Shown here: positions 15,744-30,390 of the stretch, piece by piece | Layout: the number at the start of each line of letters is the position of its first letter | How positions within the stretch are numbered: position 1 is the stretch's first letter | Source of the DNA: Octopus vulgaris | Lineage: Eukaryota | Length of the DNA stretch: 64,000 bases | NCBI GenBank assembly: GCA_951406725.2 | Contig: OX597822.1 | Span: 66,526,001 to 66,590,000 of the forward strand | Reading direction: 5' to 3' | The notes under the pieces: generated by a model | The model's input: the letters and a program-made list of their open reading frames with translations, nothing else | Database searches by the model: none | Told to the model about the DNA's origin: nothing | Position numbers and translations under genes: made by a program

Positions 15744-16195
15744 TAGTTTTATTTTTATAGGGTGCTTTCACTTCACTACCGAGCACAACTCTGTGTGCCT
15801 TAGGTATGTGCTGTGATTTGTTGTGATGCTCTGATTGTTATTGTATGGAAAGTGTTCTGCGTAGGATGTGTGCAGTGCCTAGTAGTGCAATTTTCTGTAT
15901 GTTATATGTGTTTGTAAGTCCTGGTGTTTTTGTTATGTATTTGTCTGAATATTTTTTTATCATGCCTAATGCACCTACTATGATAGGAATTGTTTCTGTT
16001 TTCAGATTCCACATTCTAGTTATCTCTATTTCCAGGTCTTTGTATTTTGAGAGTTTCTCCATTTCTTTTAGAGACACGTTGTCATCAGCCGGTATTGATA
16101 CATCAATTAGAAAGCATTATTATTATTATTATTATTATTATTATCATTATTATTATTATTATCATTATTATTATTATTATCATTATTATCATTAC

Positions 16196-16247
<52 letters not shown>

Positions 16248-16313
16248 GTTGTTGTTATTCAGGTCACTGCCTGGAATCGAACTCGGAAACGTACGCCATA
16301 TGTCCGTGGGCAT
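15441..16313 (-). mobile_element. tRNA-headed hammerhead SINE, copy 3 (HHR deleted; interrupted in its AAT tract by a Dong/R4 fragment)
   Basis: The tail at 15441-15570 and the head at 16258-16313 match the other copies. Confidence 0.7.
15741..16116 (-). mobile_element. 5'-truncated R4/Dong-clade non-LTR retrotransposon (RLE C-terminus plus 3' UTR)
   Basis: Uninterrupted translation LIDVSIPADDNVSLKEMEKLSKYKDLEIEITRMW..IPIIVGALG..IQKIALLGTAHILRRTL*, the restriction-like endonuclease C-terminus typical of R4/Dong. Flanked on both sides by (TTA)n. Confidence 0.85.
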
Positions 16314-17734
16314 ATATATATATTTATATATATACACAATGACACTTACCACATCTACACGAAGACATTCAAAATAAATACGAAAATGTTCAAAGATATA
16401 CGCCTGCGAATATAAATACATAGGTAAACACATATTATGACATATATGCATGATTATACATAATGTCGTAATGCAAGTGGAATCATTCTGAGACCTATAG
16501 TAATAATAACACAGCAAAATTGTATCTAAATAGGAAAGAGTAGGAGAGAAGCATATCAGGGAGATAGCGAAAGAAGTAGAAGAAGCTATTCAACAATATG
16601 ATGATTAGAACAACACGGCATTTGAATAGATGAAACATAATATTTTATAGATAAGAAAATATACATAAAAATGAGTAAGACATGAAAGAAAAAAGAAAAT
16701 AAGACATGATAAGGTGAAAGATTGAGATAAATGAATGAAGAATCAACAAATTTATTGTGAAATGATGCGAAATATGAATCTGAAAAAATATGAATTAGAA
16801 AATATGTAATTTGAATATAATAATAACATTGAGAAATTTTGATCAATGCGTACACAATAGATATAGCTATTTAAATATATATGCTCAAGATATTGAAAAT
16901 ATTTAGAGGGAGAGAATTATAGGTGAATAGCTGTACTTAGTGAAGTTATCATTAATACATATGCACCGAAACGTCAAGAGTTATACTAGAAGTGGTTAAT
17001 TATTGATCGTATGGGAGTTGTTGCGAATATTCCTATGTTAGACCTAACAGAATTTGGAGTCGAGGATAATGTATCTATATATTATAACTTATCCCTTGAC
17101 TTAAGGTAAGGGTAGTAAGTATTGGAATTCAGATCTGACGCTAAATTCAGGAGATGCAGTTATTTGTTTCTTCTTTTCAACAAGATTGATACGTAAAGAT
17201 TTCTAACGGCCAGTGTAAGCGTTCTATTAGTCTTTCTATAAAAGAAAGGAGAATATAAACTTTTTAGGAGGGAGTCAACCCAGTTCGAACCAACTTTAGA
17301 GAGTCGGTAATCTTGACAGAATCAAATAAACCATTGGTAATGCCAAATTCACTATCCTTCTTCATTCTAGATTAAAGATGACAAACCACTTGATATCATA
17401 ATACGAGTTATCCCGCAGATGCAAATCGACATAGTCCTTAAATAGAAGTATTACCGTATTCAGAATCACATTACTAAATCTACCGAAATCAAACTTACAG
17501 GAACTTAAGTCTAATGGAAGTCTAATGTGAAGGTCATCTTTGGATTAAAGGGAAGGATTCCCAAGCCCTATAGGTTCCGCTCAATCATGTACATTAGATT
17601 TAGTATTTCAGATCCCCAGCCTCAATATCGATACCAGATAACGTATGTGTTCATCCTCTCCTATATATATATATATATGTGTGTGCATGAGTGTGTGTGT
17701 ACGCGCGCGAATATATAAAAATATATATAGGTAT

Positions 17735-18150
17735 ATATAAAACAAATTTTCAGAATGACATAAAAATCCAAGGCTGTAAAAGATTTTAGATCATTTGTAA
17801 ATAGAAGGTCTTACAGCTGTTTCCAGGATATTTATTATGTCCCTTCATTGCAGAGGGTGTGAGAAAATGGTTAAGCAATATTTAATTTAGATAAAATATG
17901 AAATAGAGAGTGAAGTGGAGGAATGAAAATGGACGTGAGATATGCAGGGACATTGCATCTGTAGATACATTATTTAGACAGAATGGTATACATATAAGAT
18001 TCCAATACCTTATAAGTAAGTTCCGATAGTATTTAAAATCGGTCATACCAAGTATAGAGTTTGTACACAGTGTTATTGAATCGAGGGTTTTATTTAAAGT
18101 ACTCAGCATTACCTGACACCTTTGAGTCTTATTGAAACTATTACCTCTCA
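17735..18150 (-). mobile_element. Decayed PLE-type terminal fragment with a degenerate hammerhead (about 17808-17855)
   Basis: Minus strand reads uCUGcaAUGA-aGGGACAU..AUAUCCUg-GAAA-CAGCU-GUA-aga; palindromic stem III ACAGCUGU; core disrupted. Confidence 0.45.
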
Positions 18151-18165
18151 TAACCTCTCTCTCTC

Positions 18166-18210
<45 letters not shown>

Positions 18211-19244
18211 TATATATATATATAATGTGGTCATGCTTCAACGAGTAGAAAAGCATATGATATGCTGAGTGAGTAAAGATAATATTAAAATTTAAAAATT
18301 CAGAAATCTTGTAAAAACAGCTACCCAGGTTTTCGTTGTCGAAATCATAATCTATTCCGCCATCTATCAATACAAAAACACGTAAAAAACAATGTTTAAT
18401 GAATGTCGAAACAATGCACGAAGTAGGGTTAACTGAAATTATTTCTACGTATGCATAAATATATTAAGTACTAATAGAAATACATGCCATCTCGCCGGAA
18501 GACAAAACATAAATAGATTAATAAATGAATGACAAAGGAAAATATCTTCCGATTCAAAAGTTTCTTAGTCACGAATAATTTGTCTTCTATGTAATAGTCT
18601 CTACAGCAACAATAGGCATCATACAAACAGACTGTGGAGAAACTTCTTACAAGTGCTAGACTTGCTAAAAGAGCTAAGAATTGTAATCTTCCGTCTTACA
18701 AAATGTAAAAGAACAAATTCAATGATGTGTTACTTCATACGCTTTGCCTGAGGTATAGACGGGATTCACGTAACAGAAGTAGCGTTGTTCATAGATCTGT
18801 TTGATATAAGATGACCTACAGCTAAACATCATCATTCTCGTCGTCGTCATCGTCGTCATCGCTCTCGTTTTAGTTGTCATCAATATCGACATTAATGAGA
18901 ATAAAAATACTCGAATAAAAATACGCGAATAAAATACTCATTGCTTCAAAAAAATGTAGGTTTGATATTTATCTTTTTATGTTTGAGTCTAGCTTAGATT
19001 ATTTTGAATAAAATATACAATTGATTGTCTTGCACCCCATTATTTGTATTAATTTATTCAAATTGGTATTTGGAGACAAAATAAAAAAAGATATTGGCAT
19101 GAGAAAATGACACGAAAAATTAGCAACCATAAATATTGCCAACCAGCAATTTTCATGAAATGTTTCTACCTCATTTAAGATTAAGGCTCGCAAATATGGT
19201 GAGAAAGGGATTACGTGATTATGTCGATCCAAATACTACACAGA

Positions 19245-19470
19245 TACTCTATATTCTTTTCTACTCTAGGCACAAGGCCCGAAAGTTTGGGGGGAAGGGG
19301 CCAGTCAATTAAATCGGCTTCAGTACTCAACTGATACTTAATTTATCGACCCCGAAAGGATGAAAAGCAAAGTTGACCACGGTGGAATTTGAGCTCAAGT
19401 CGTAAAGACAGACGAAATACCGCTAAGAATTTCGCCCGACGTGCTAACGTTTCTTCCAGTTCGCCGCCTT
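19245..19470 (-). mobile_element. SINE (Meta-domain-like family), near full length
   Basis: Reverse complement of ggcggcgaactggaagaaacgttagcac..tttcatcctttcggggtcgataaattaagta. Confidence 0.8.
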
Positions 19471-19591
19471 CAGATACTCTATATTATCGACGTTGGAGTG
19501 TTGAGAGGAACAGATGACATCAGTGAGATGCGCGCATGTGTTTGTGTGTTTATATATTTTATGTATGCATATATATACATAAGTATATATA

Positions 19592-19626
<35 letters not shown>

Positions 19627-20083
19627 AACATGCATGTATTATACATTATGTATATGTATATCAACACATATATACACACAAACACACACATATATATTTA
19701 TATATATACATACATACATACATACATGCATATATATATTATATTGATATTCGTAGCATATCAATGCTATCTCATCTAATAACTCGTAAAATGTATTCGG
19801 CTGCAAGATAACAGAAATATATTCTAGTTTAATCTAACATTAATCCCTTTCCTGAAACCCATATGCTCTTACATCAATGCTCAAGCGTAATATTACATCT
19901 AACCCAACGTAATCGCCACTTCAAATGATATCCCGCTGCACAATTGTGGTTACCAAGTGAAAGTGTATCAACTTACAATACATGATGGCATTTGAATAAT
20001 ATAAAATTGAATAATGATGTGTCCCGTTTTATATGATTGTGTGTAAATATGTGTGTGGTATCTGGGAGTGCGTGTGTTGGTGT

Positions 20084-20129
<46 letters not shown>

Positions 20130-20494
20130 CTGAAGTAGTAGTTAGACTGTTGATCCCATGATAGCGAGAACGTTGTGTGGATTTCTGGATTAGGTGATGC
20201 AATCTGCTCTTCAGCAAAATATTTTCTCTCCCGTGAGTCCGCGATCCCTTTAGCACAAGACCTGTGTAGCATTCCACGCCATAATTTGCAGGCTGAATAA
20301 GACAGGAGGAATGGAAAATGATATTTGCAGAAAACAAGTTCATTAGTTATAAAAGCATATACACCTCGATCCAAAGTATTTCACTAGATTTCCGTACTCT
20401 GTGTGATATTGTTTGCTGTGAAATTTAGTATATATTTTTTCCAATACCGTCACCTAACAGTGAGTACTACCTGGTGGGGAGGGTGTGTGTGTGT

Positions 20495-20558
<64 letters not shown>

Positions 20559-21520
20559 CCCAGAGTTTCGCCTATTTTCGACTGGATCAAGTGTGAGAGG
20601 TTGTAGACTGTATCTTCTCAGTCTTGTAAATGCATAGGTCCTTCAACCAATTACTGAAAAACTGTATATCATAGCAACCTAAACTGTTTCCACTGAACGA
20701 TCATTATAGCCAAGAAATAAACTCGAACATCGAGTGAGAACTTAAGAAAGATTACCAAATAACGCACCATCAGAAGGAACCAGCCTCGGCTTTCTACTGA
20801 GAGAAATGTGGTATTCTGCCTGCACTTTATATCCCTCTGCTTACTCTGTATGTGTATGTGTGTGTGTATGTGTGTGTGCGTGCGGCTGTGAGTGTGCGTC
20901 TGTGTGTAAGTATGTTTCCGGGCGTAACGAGTGTGCGCGTATGCATGTATGCACTTATGCGTGTGTATGTGCGTGACTGTGTGCGTGTATGAATGGATGG
21001 TCGAGAATATTGGGAGTATTTATCTCACAGATAATAACATAGTGCGGCCTTTTTTTATTCACTTACTCTATTTGCGAAGAAAACCTGAAGTCCGACTGAG
21101 GCACACTTTGTCTTTTACACAACGACACTTTACATAAAGAAATACTATTAATGTATTCATGTAATAATAAGGGAGAATCTACATAGCTGTGCTTCATTAG
21201 CGCAAATCGCTCGGTGCTGTGTTAAAATGTTCCATTCTAACAATGGTTTTGAAACTATTTATTTTACATAAGCACTACTTATATGTAAAGTTCTATTCTC
21301 ACAAGTTCCAGCATCTTTCAAATAAAAATTTGGTATGTATTAGTCCAAGTCGATCATACACATACACATACACATTTATACACATATCAATAATTATGTA
21401 TAAATATATATATATATATATATATACACATATTTATGTATATACATATATCTACATATATATACTTTTCTACATTCATATTTGTGTATACTTACCTACA
21501 TTCATGTGTATCTAAAATAT

Positions 21521-21583
<63 letters not shown>

Positions 21584-21752
21584 GTATACATAGAGACAGA
21601 GAGAGAGACAGAAAGAAACAGGCAAGCAGTCAAGCAGATAGATAGATAAGTAGACAGATACATAGATACATACTTTTATATGTAGATGTATATATGTAAA
21701 TGCTAATCTACATATCTAAGCATGTATTTATACATATACACACGTAGCTGGT

Positions 21753-21820
<68 letters not shown>

Positions 21821-22290
21821 ATATATATATATATATATACACACATGTATATATACATGTATATATATATATATATGTGTGTGTGTGTTTATATATATAT
21901 ATGTATGTATGTATGTATGTGCGTGTGAGTGTGTATACATTATAAGTATAAAACTTGCTAAAATTCAAATGTGCATTGGCACACTGCAATAAATTGTCTG
22001 GGTCTTAAAGCAGAGAGCTAAGTCAGACATATATTAAATCCTTGTGAATTGAAACCTGTTTTACCAAAGATATATTCAGAAATGTTACATATCATTTCAT
22101 ACTTGACTGGAAGACATAAGACATAAAGTTTTTATTTTGATGAATCATTTATCATACAAAACATTAGGCATATCGATTCAATTATTGATTTTGTAAAGAA
22201 ATAAAATATAATATGTCGGCTATGTATGTCAACCATTCTTTACACCATATATCTTTAACACACTTCACTGCTGCCATTTACTCGGGCTCT

Positions 22291-22328
<38 letters not shown>

Positions 22329-23084
22329 TATGAATACATATATATATATGAACATTCATATATATGAATACACACACACGCACACATATATATTTATGTA
22401 TATATATTGATTATATTGATGTTTGCTTTTCTCCAAGCTCGTAAGATGATATGTATACATAAACTAAGGATACATTAAATTTGACAGAAGGAAATACGAT
22501 AAGCTTTGACGGAATAGAACTATGCGTCTCTTAATAGTGTCTGTCCTGTGATCTTCGTTTCTGGGTCATTTCATCTAGAATTCTTTTGCAAAGACCTCCA
22601 AAATGGAAGATTCGTTTCTTTTAAATATCTTACGAGATGGAAAAAAAAAACTTAGAAAAGTAAATAATGTTGAATTTCTGTTTTGTTTTTGTTTGGTTTA
22701 TAACAACAAAACTACTCGAGCGAAATTGTCTTATTAATCGAATTGTCGACCACGACGGCATTGGGATTCACATTTTAGAAACACGTAATAAAATTTTATT
22801 ATAAGTCACACTGGAGATTCGTTCGCCCACCACGGTTGTATATAAAGTGATAATGTCTAAAATGACACAATGCTCAGAAATTTATAAAAGTGCTGTAATT
22901 GATTCACTTATTACGTGGTTTCCGTTTTGTCTTTTTTGGGTTTTTTAAGTAACACTACTACTGTACAATGGTGTAGTGAATTGTGGATCCAGCTACAATT
23001 TGAACTTAAAAACCATATAGGTTTTTCTCCGAAAATTGACCCCACTATGTGTGTTTTACTGATATAAGACACCAGTTTCGGACA

Positions 23085-23300
23085 GGCGAGCTAGCAGAAT
23101 CGTTAGTAAGCCGGGGAAAATGCTTAGCGACATTCCGTGCGTCTTTAGGCTCTGAGTTCAAGTTCCATCGACGATGGTCTTTGCTTTTACCCTTTCACGG
23201 GTGAGAAAATGAGTCTCAGTTGCACCCTGGGGTCGATGTAATTGATTTGACTTATCGACTCCCTCGAAAGTACTTGCTCTATGCCAATAGTTAAAATCAC
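23085..23300 (+). mobile_element. SINE (Meta-domain-like family)
   Basis: ggcgagctagcagaatcgttag..ctgagttcaa..ggggtcgatgtaattga. Confidence 0.75.
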
Positions 23301-23544
23301 TATAAGGTACAAATTAGGTAGTCCACGTTACATTCAACGTGTGGTCCTCTCTACCATGCTTTGTCATCCGTTGCGGTTTTTTTTTTTACCTAAATATCTG
23401 CTTCAGGACATTATTTAAGCAACTGAATTATTAGTATATAATTTCATCAAGATAATTTCATTTCCAAATCTTGACTTTTGAGATTTTAACATTTTTTTCA
23501 TATTTTGGTGTTTGCAGGATTTTATTTTATCTTAATCGTTTCCT

Positions 23545-23938
23545 TTTACTATTTTAATTGTTTCAGTCATACGACTCTGACCATGCCGGAGCACCGCCTT
23601 TAGTCGAGCAAATCGACCCCAAGATTTATTCTTTGTAAGCCTAGTACTTATTCTGTCGGTATCTTTTACCGTACCGCTAGGTTACGGGGACGTAAACACA
23701 CCAGCATCGGTTGTCAAGCGTTGTTGGGGGGACAAATACAGACACATAAACACACACACTTATATATACATATCTACGACGGATTTTTTCCGTTTCCGTC
23801 AACCAAATCCACTCACAAGGATTTGGTCGGCCCGAGGCTATAGAAGAAGGCATTTGCCTAAGGTGCCACGCAGTGGGACTGAACCCGGAACCAAGTGGTT
23901 GGTAAGCAAGCTACTTACCACACAGCCACTCCTACGCC
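23545..23938 (-). mobile_element. OR-like tRNA SINE, full length
   Basis: Head (reverse complement) ggcgtaggagtggctgtgtggtaag..gggttcagtcccactgcgtggcacc; tail as in 3590-3806. Confidence 0.85.
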
Positions 23939-23979
23939 TAAATCAATTAAAATATTTCTTGAAATATCTGTTAAAGAAC

Positions 23980-24185
23980 GTATCAGGACAATTACCTACC
24001 CTAGTGCAATTATTACTATACCTCCATAGGACAATCCCCCCCCCCCGACGGTAACTACTCCTCGGAACAATTACACCCATTGGTTAATTATCCCCTGTCT
24101 AATAAATTAAGAAGTTTTAAATCATCATCTGTTGACCTCAGGGGTAAGTAAGTGCCCATAAGGAGTAAACGTCCTAGACTCGTTA
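23980..24185. mobile_element. Possible MITE with subterminal repeats
   Basis: Repeated ggacaatt/ggaacaatta motifs on the left and inverted gtcctaga/gggtaa motifs on the right; degenerate. Confidence 0.3.
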
Positions 24186-25861
24186 AAGACATGATTTTTA
24201 AAATATTGAAGCACAACAATTACTACTGTACACTACAGTCTGCTACATATACTACTTCTTTTAACTAACCACAGCAAAAATACACCAATCTATCAACGCT
24301 TTTCGTCTCAACACACTAGAATAACCTGAAGATAAAAACACATTTTCCTGACCGCCTTGGCTATTTTCTTCCTTCTTTAATGAACCTATTTATAGAATCA
24401 TTGAACAGCTTATGTAAGATAATGCAATATGTATTTTTTTTTCACATCCACGAACATTTATATCATACATATTTTTATTTTCGAATTGCTTTTTCTTTTT
24501 ATAGTTCACCGTATTTCTTCTTGTTTGTCATTAATATTTATAGCCTGCGTATTTTTGCATATACACTAAGTACAAAATACAATGGAAGAGACATTTAGAA
24601 TGTTTTTATTGTAATATAGTTTTAGAGAAACAAATAAAAACATTTTTGCATTGCATTTCACTAGTCAATAAGTACTCGATATTTTGTTTAACTTTTTCTG
24701 TATGCATTAACTACAAATATTGCCCGTATATGCTATAAATGGTCGGAAATTAAGAAAAGGTAGAGTAAAAATTTGAATATAATCCTTTTCAAGTGAATAA
24801 TTCTACTAGAGTTACTCATAGAAAAAACTTTTATCATTGTTATATTTTCTCCCTTCTCTATTACTATTCGAATTGTAAGTAATCCTGTTAATAACAATGC
24901 CCGTATTAGTACGGATTATGTGAATGGTAATTTTGATAACAATCTAGGTATTGATACTGATATTAGCATTTACAGTAACAGAAACAGAGTAGAGTAAGCT
25001 CCGTTTTCATGTTTTCTAATGTAACTGTTGTGTGGACGACCCCAGACGATGAAGTAGAGTATCCCAATACGTAGATATAGAGGGAGAAGTCTAGACGAAG
25101 AGTAGCACTAGGAGTAGAGCTGAGTAGCGGTCATCCAAACGTGCGACATAACAGTGGCGATTAGGATTTCGTAGCTCACGCAGCTACTGTGTAGTATTGG
25201 GATATAACAGTAACTATATGGTTTTGTATTGTAACATTGGGAGACCGAATATTGTTATTCATAACTATTCTATATATGAATTCATTAATAGTCCTATGGT
25301 GTTTTCTAAATAGATATACTAAATACGGGTGAAAAATATTTTCTCATTTCTTTAAAATGGGAACGTGATATAACACGCAACACGAGTATTTTGAGGAAAG
25401 TGCATAAATATATAATACCGAATTTAGTACACCATTTTACATGCTAGTAAATTTTTCTCAGGCTTGTTTCAAAACTTTTCTTTCTTTTTAATATATGTCG
25501 TCCAAAACATTACAATATCTATTGCACTTTCTATTTGTGCATTTCGTTTTATTGTACATTTATGATTTGTTGTTTTTTCACACTATATTTCTATCGCATG
25601 TTGTGTAATTTCCTGTATTTCTTCACCCTCAAAATAAACACGGCTACTTTTTAAAAGAAAATGAGAGAGAACGAGATAAATTGGTAGACGTATTAAAGTT
25701 TCTTAGAACAGCAACGCGAACGTAGCAAAATATTTTCAGTTTGATCTGCGAACACTTGATTCTTATCGTGTGTTATTCTATATACATATATTTGCAATAT
25801 CGAATTGATGGCTCTAGCAAATTAAGGGATCCGCATCTGTTATTTACGACAGGAAAGTCCT

Positions 25862-25900
<39 letters not shown>

Positions 25901-27676
25901 AACACATACAACATGAAGCTGTAAGGGACACTAGACGATGGGCTACCACTCAAAGGCTACACTTTTTGCACCGGTCGGTTCACACCGAAATAATTAATGC
26001 ACAGCAGTGCACTCTTAGCCACTGCCAGCAAATAGCTGAAGTTCATGTCGTCATGGTTCGCAGATACTGGTGTCTCGACCTATCTACATTTCGCACGGTT
26101 TCAAAATCCGATTATAGATACATTATGAATATTACCGGCCTGAAAAGCGACATCCTTTTTCTTAGCAACACCTGTTCATGCATAGCATGTTAAATATCAG
26201 TTATAAAAATATGTGTTCCACAGCACCATAGTGCCCTGCTTGCCAGACAAGAGAGCAACTCACAATGATAATTATTTAAATCTTGGTTATTACAAATGGA
26301 TGCAGTTCTAAGAGTTTTAACGGGTTTAACTGTCAGGATTTGTGCAACGGGATCCTATCTTTAACAAGCTGTGGAGTGTATCATGCTCATGCCCAAGATA
26401 AACAGTACAGATTCTACTACAACCTCCACCACTGTTTAAGAAAAACAAATATCCTTCTCTCTCTATGGCATTACAAAGCTCTAGTTCAATATCACTATTA
26501 TTTTTTTCTATATTCTGGCTCCTTGTTGCGAGATAGCTACAGGATTCAAACATTGTTTTGGCACGTCTCTTGTTAATCCTACATTGTTTTCAGCAGCTCT
26601 TTATTACGCTTGCTTGGCGAAGGTGAGGCTTAGTCGCCGCACAACCCCATCAAGTGGTACTGGATTAGATATTGCCAATAACATAGCCTGATATATGTAC
26701 ACTAGTATATATATACGCATGTATGTATTTGTGTATCTATGTATATGCATATATATGATATATATATATTATATGTATATATACCTTATGAATATATGGG
26801 TCTCTCTCTCACTCTCTATCTCTCTTTATATACATATACATATATATATATATACATACATATATATATACATATGTATACATATATATACATACGTATA
26901 TATATATATATATATATACATACATACACATATATGTATATATATATATGTACGTACGTATGTATATCTGCTGTGTGTGTGTATAAGAATGGGATTTACA
27001 TTGACATTCACACAAACTGGATAGAATGTTTCCCTTAACAACGTATGTACATTTATAGGTGTGAGTGTGTTTACATATTGTATGCAAAACCATGCTAGCT
27101 CACAACACTGACGTAAAAGAACACAATTACACGCGGTATTGTTACACACTACTCTGAACCTGTCTGACAGGTCACAATCGTTGCATTTCCGTCACGTTTA
27201 AATATTATGTAAATCGATGTATATAAAGCGAAATAAACGAAGAAAGAAAAAAACAAAACGCCAAATATATTTTTTGCAACCACATGCAAGTAAATATATG
27301 CATATATATGTACATAGATAAGTGCAGTATGTGTAAGTATGAGCGAGCGCGTGTGTGATTGTTTTGTCGCTTCTTTTTCACAGGTTTCAATTCGCCGTTG
27401 AACTTCTGCACGAACGCCGAGATTTCCATATTTCCACGTGAATTTATTGCACCGCAAAGCAGTGATGCATTTAATACCGATAACCTTATCCATACTCCCA
27501 AAACCTCCACCAACAACACCACACTTAGCACGAGGGGACCTTTCCTAAATATATTGTTTTTACTGTATCATTTGTGTTAGATTCCTTTTCGTTTCAATAA
27601 ATTGTGTAAATATATTTGTATCGCACACACGGAAACCTGAAAAATCTATCTATCTATGAATCTACTTATCTATCTA

Positions 27677-27729
<53 letters not shown>

Positions 27730-27753
27730 CTGTATATATATATATATATATCT

Positions 27754-27815
<62 letters not shown>

Positions 27816-27849
27816 ACACAGACAGATAGATAGATAAATAGATAGATAG

Positions 27850-27912
<63 letters not shown>

Positions 27913-28489
27913 CGGACAGATAGATGGATGGATGGATGGATGGATAGATAGAAAGATAGATAGGTTGATAGATAGATAGATAGATAGAAACAGAGATATG
28001 GATGTGGATGTATATATGTATATTTGTATGTATGACAACGTATATGTATGTATATATATATATATATATATATACACATGCATCTCTCTCTCCCTCTCTC
28101 TCTTTTCCTCTCACTCTCTCTCTCTCTCCCTATATAGATATATATATATATGTATATACACGCGTATGTAGAAATGTGTATGTATATACGTATATATATG
28201 AACATGAGGATGCGTATGTGCCGCATCCTCATGTGAATGCGCAGCTGCAAAACACTGAAGTCATAGTATATTCTGTTGATCTTACTTCGTGTTTTTTTCG
28301 TGCGTGTTTTTGTTTTAGCTTCCTATTATCTTATTATCTGATGCAGTATTTAGGTTGTTTTTTTGTTTTTTTTTTTGTCTTCTTTCGTTGTCTTCCTTTC
28401 TTCTCGTTTCTCTTCATTTCTCTTCCTATGCTAAATCCACTCCGCCAGATAATGCGTAAGCAAGAAATCTATGTGGTAACATTTTCTAA

Positions 28490-28551
28490 CAAGAACAGCA
28501 ACTACTACTACCAATAATAATAGTAGTAGCACAAGCAGTAATAATAATAAT

Positions 28552-28584
<33 letters not shown>

Positions 28585-29010
28585 AATAATAATGACAATA
28601 CTACTAATAATAATGTAAATAATTATAATAATAACAATAATAATAATAATAATACTTATAACATTAATGTTAATAATAATAATAATAATAATAATAATGA
28701 TGCCGATGATGATGATGACGATGGTGATGTCAATAATATTAATAATGAAAATAATACAAATAATAATAATGATCATGATGATGATGATGTTGATGATGAG
28801 GATCATAATAATAATAATAATACTAATAATAATATTAATAATAATAATAATAATACTATTGTTGATGCTGCTGTTGTTTTTGCAATGTAAGTTCAGGGAT
28901 TTTTGTGGTGAATCAACAAATTTGTATATTGTATTCTTTTTGCTTCATCATATTATTTTTGTTCATCCTCCTCATCATCATCATCATAATCATCATCACC
29001 ATCATCAATA
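28490..29010. repeat. Compound AAT/AAC/GAT/CAT trinucleotide low-complexity tract
   Basis: Read directly from the sequence. Confidence 0.9.
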
Positions 29011-29401
29011 GAACAACTCAGTGTGTGGCTACCCTCCGCCAACACACTATGAGGTACACCTTGTCATATGACTGTTACTCTCGCTTGTTATTTTATTTAT
29101 GTGTACTTATAATAATTATTATTTCTGATCTCATCCGTTTAAACTATGCAGATCACTACTGAAATAATTTCTTATTATACTTACATACACTATTACATAC
29201 ATGAATACACACCCACCCATACAGACACACACACACACATATGTATACATAATCTCACTCTCATGATGCTTCCATCATCTTTGGCCCTTGTTACCAAAGA
29301 ATAAAACCATTTGTATTATGATAGTAATAGCAGTGTATTTGTTGTGAACATCAATAATATCACCATTGTGTGATTATGAATAAGAGAAGATTATCATATT
29401 T

Positions 29402-29451
<50 letters not shown>

Positions 29452-29721
29452 TATAATGTATTTTCCTTTGTTGTTGTCGCATTAAAGCAACGTATTTGTA
29501 GATTCGTTTCAGTGACACAAAAAAAAATTATCCGACGATATATTTGCTGGCTCTTTACCTCAGGCATTCAAATGCCAACAAGATTAATTTTGCTTTTCTA
29601 TCATTTTGTGGTGGATAAAATAAACTTACTAACCACGTACCGTTATTGATGTTATCGACTCACCTTCTACCCGTAAAATTGATGGACTTTTGCCACAATT
29701 TGAAGTAACCATTATTACTAA

Positions 29722-29945
29722 AAGGCGCTGAGCTAGCAAAATTCTTATCACTCTGGACGAATCGCTTAGCGGTGTTTCGCCGGTCACTACGTTTCCTGAA
29801 TTTAGATTCCATCGAGGTCTACTTTGCCTTTCATCTTTTAAGGGTTGATAAATTAAGTAACAGGGAAGCACTGGGATCGATGCATTCGACTAGTCTCTTC
29901 CCACCAAATGTCAGACCTTAATTTATAGCAGAAAGGACTATTACT
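29722..29945 (+). mobile_element. SINE (Meta-domain-like family)
   Basis: aggcgctgagctagca..ctttgcctttcatc..gataaattaagta. Confidence 0.75.
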
Positions 29946-29984
29946 ATTAGACTGTGATTTCGCAGGATTGTTACTACAGATTTG

Positions 29985-30390
29985 CTTACTCTTTTACTTG
30001 TTTCTATCATTTGACTGTGGCCATGCTGGAGCACCGCCTTCAGTCGAGCAAATAGACCCCAGGACTTGTAAGTCTAGTTCTTATTCTATCCCTCTCTTTT
30101 GCCGAACCGATAAGTAACAGGGACGTAAACACGCCAGCATAGGTTGCCAAGCGATGTTGGGGGGGGCACAAACACAGGTACAAAAGCATTTACACACACG
30201 TACATATAACTATATATATACATATATACGACGGGCTTCTTTCAGTTTCCGTTTACCAAATCAACTCGCAAGCCTTTGGTCGACCCGAGGTTATAGTAGA
30301 AGGCACTTGCCCAAGGTACCACGTAGTGGTAGTGAACCCGGAACCATGTGGTTGGTAAGCAAGCAACTTACCGCAAAGCCACTCCTGCTT
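29985..30390 (-). mobile_element. OR-like tRNA SINE, full length
   Basis: Homologous to 23545-23938 along its whole length. Confidence 0.85.

Noticed and set aside
25915-26660. Possible decayed RTE endonuclease region (also LINE-like traces at 430-620, 55260-55550 and 62960-63600, and PLE-like traces at 16330-17660)
   Set aside because: Only vague motif resemblance; not supportable without a profile search.
28202-28211. ACATGAGGAT matches the start of the MS2 operator hairpin
   Set aside because: Only a 10-nt match and the rest differs; coincidence.
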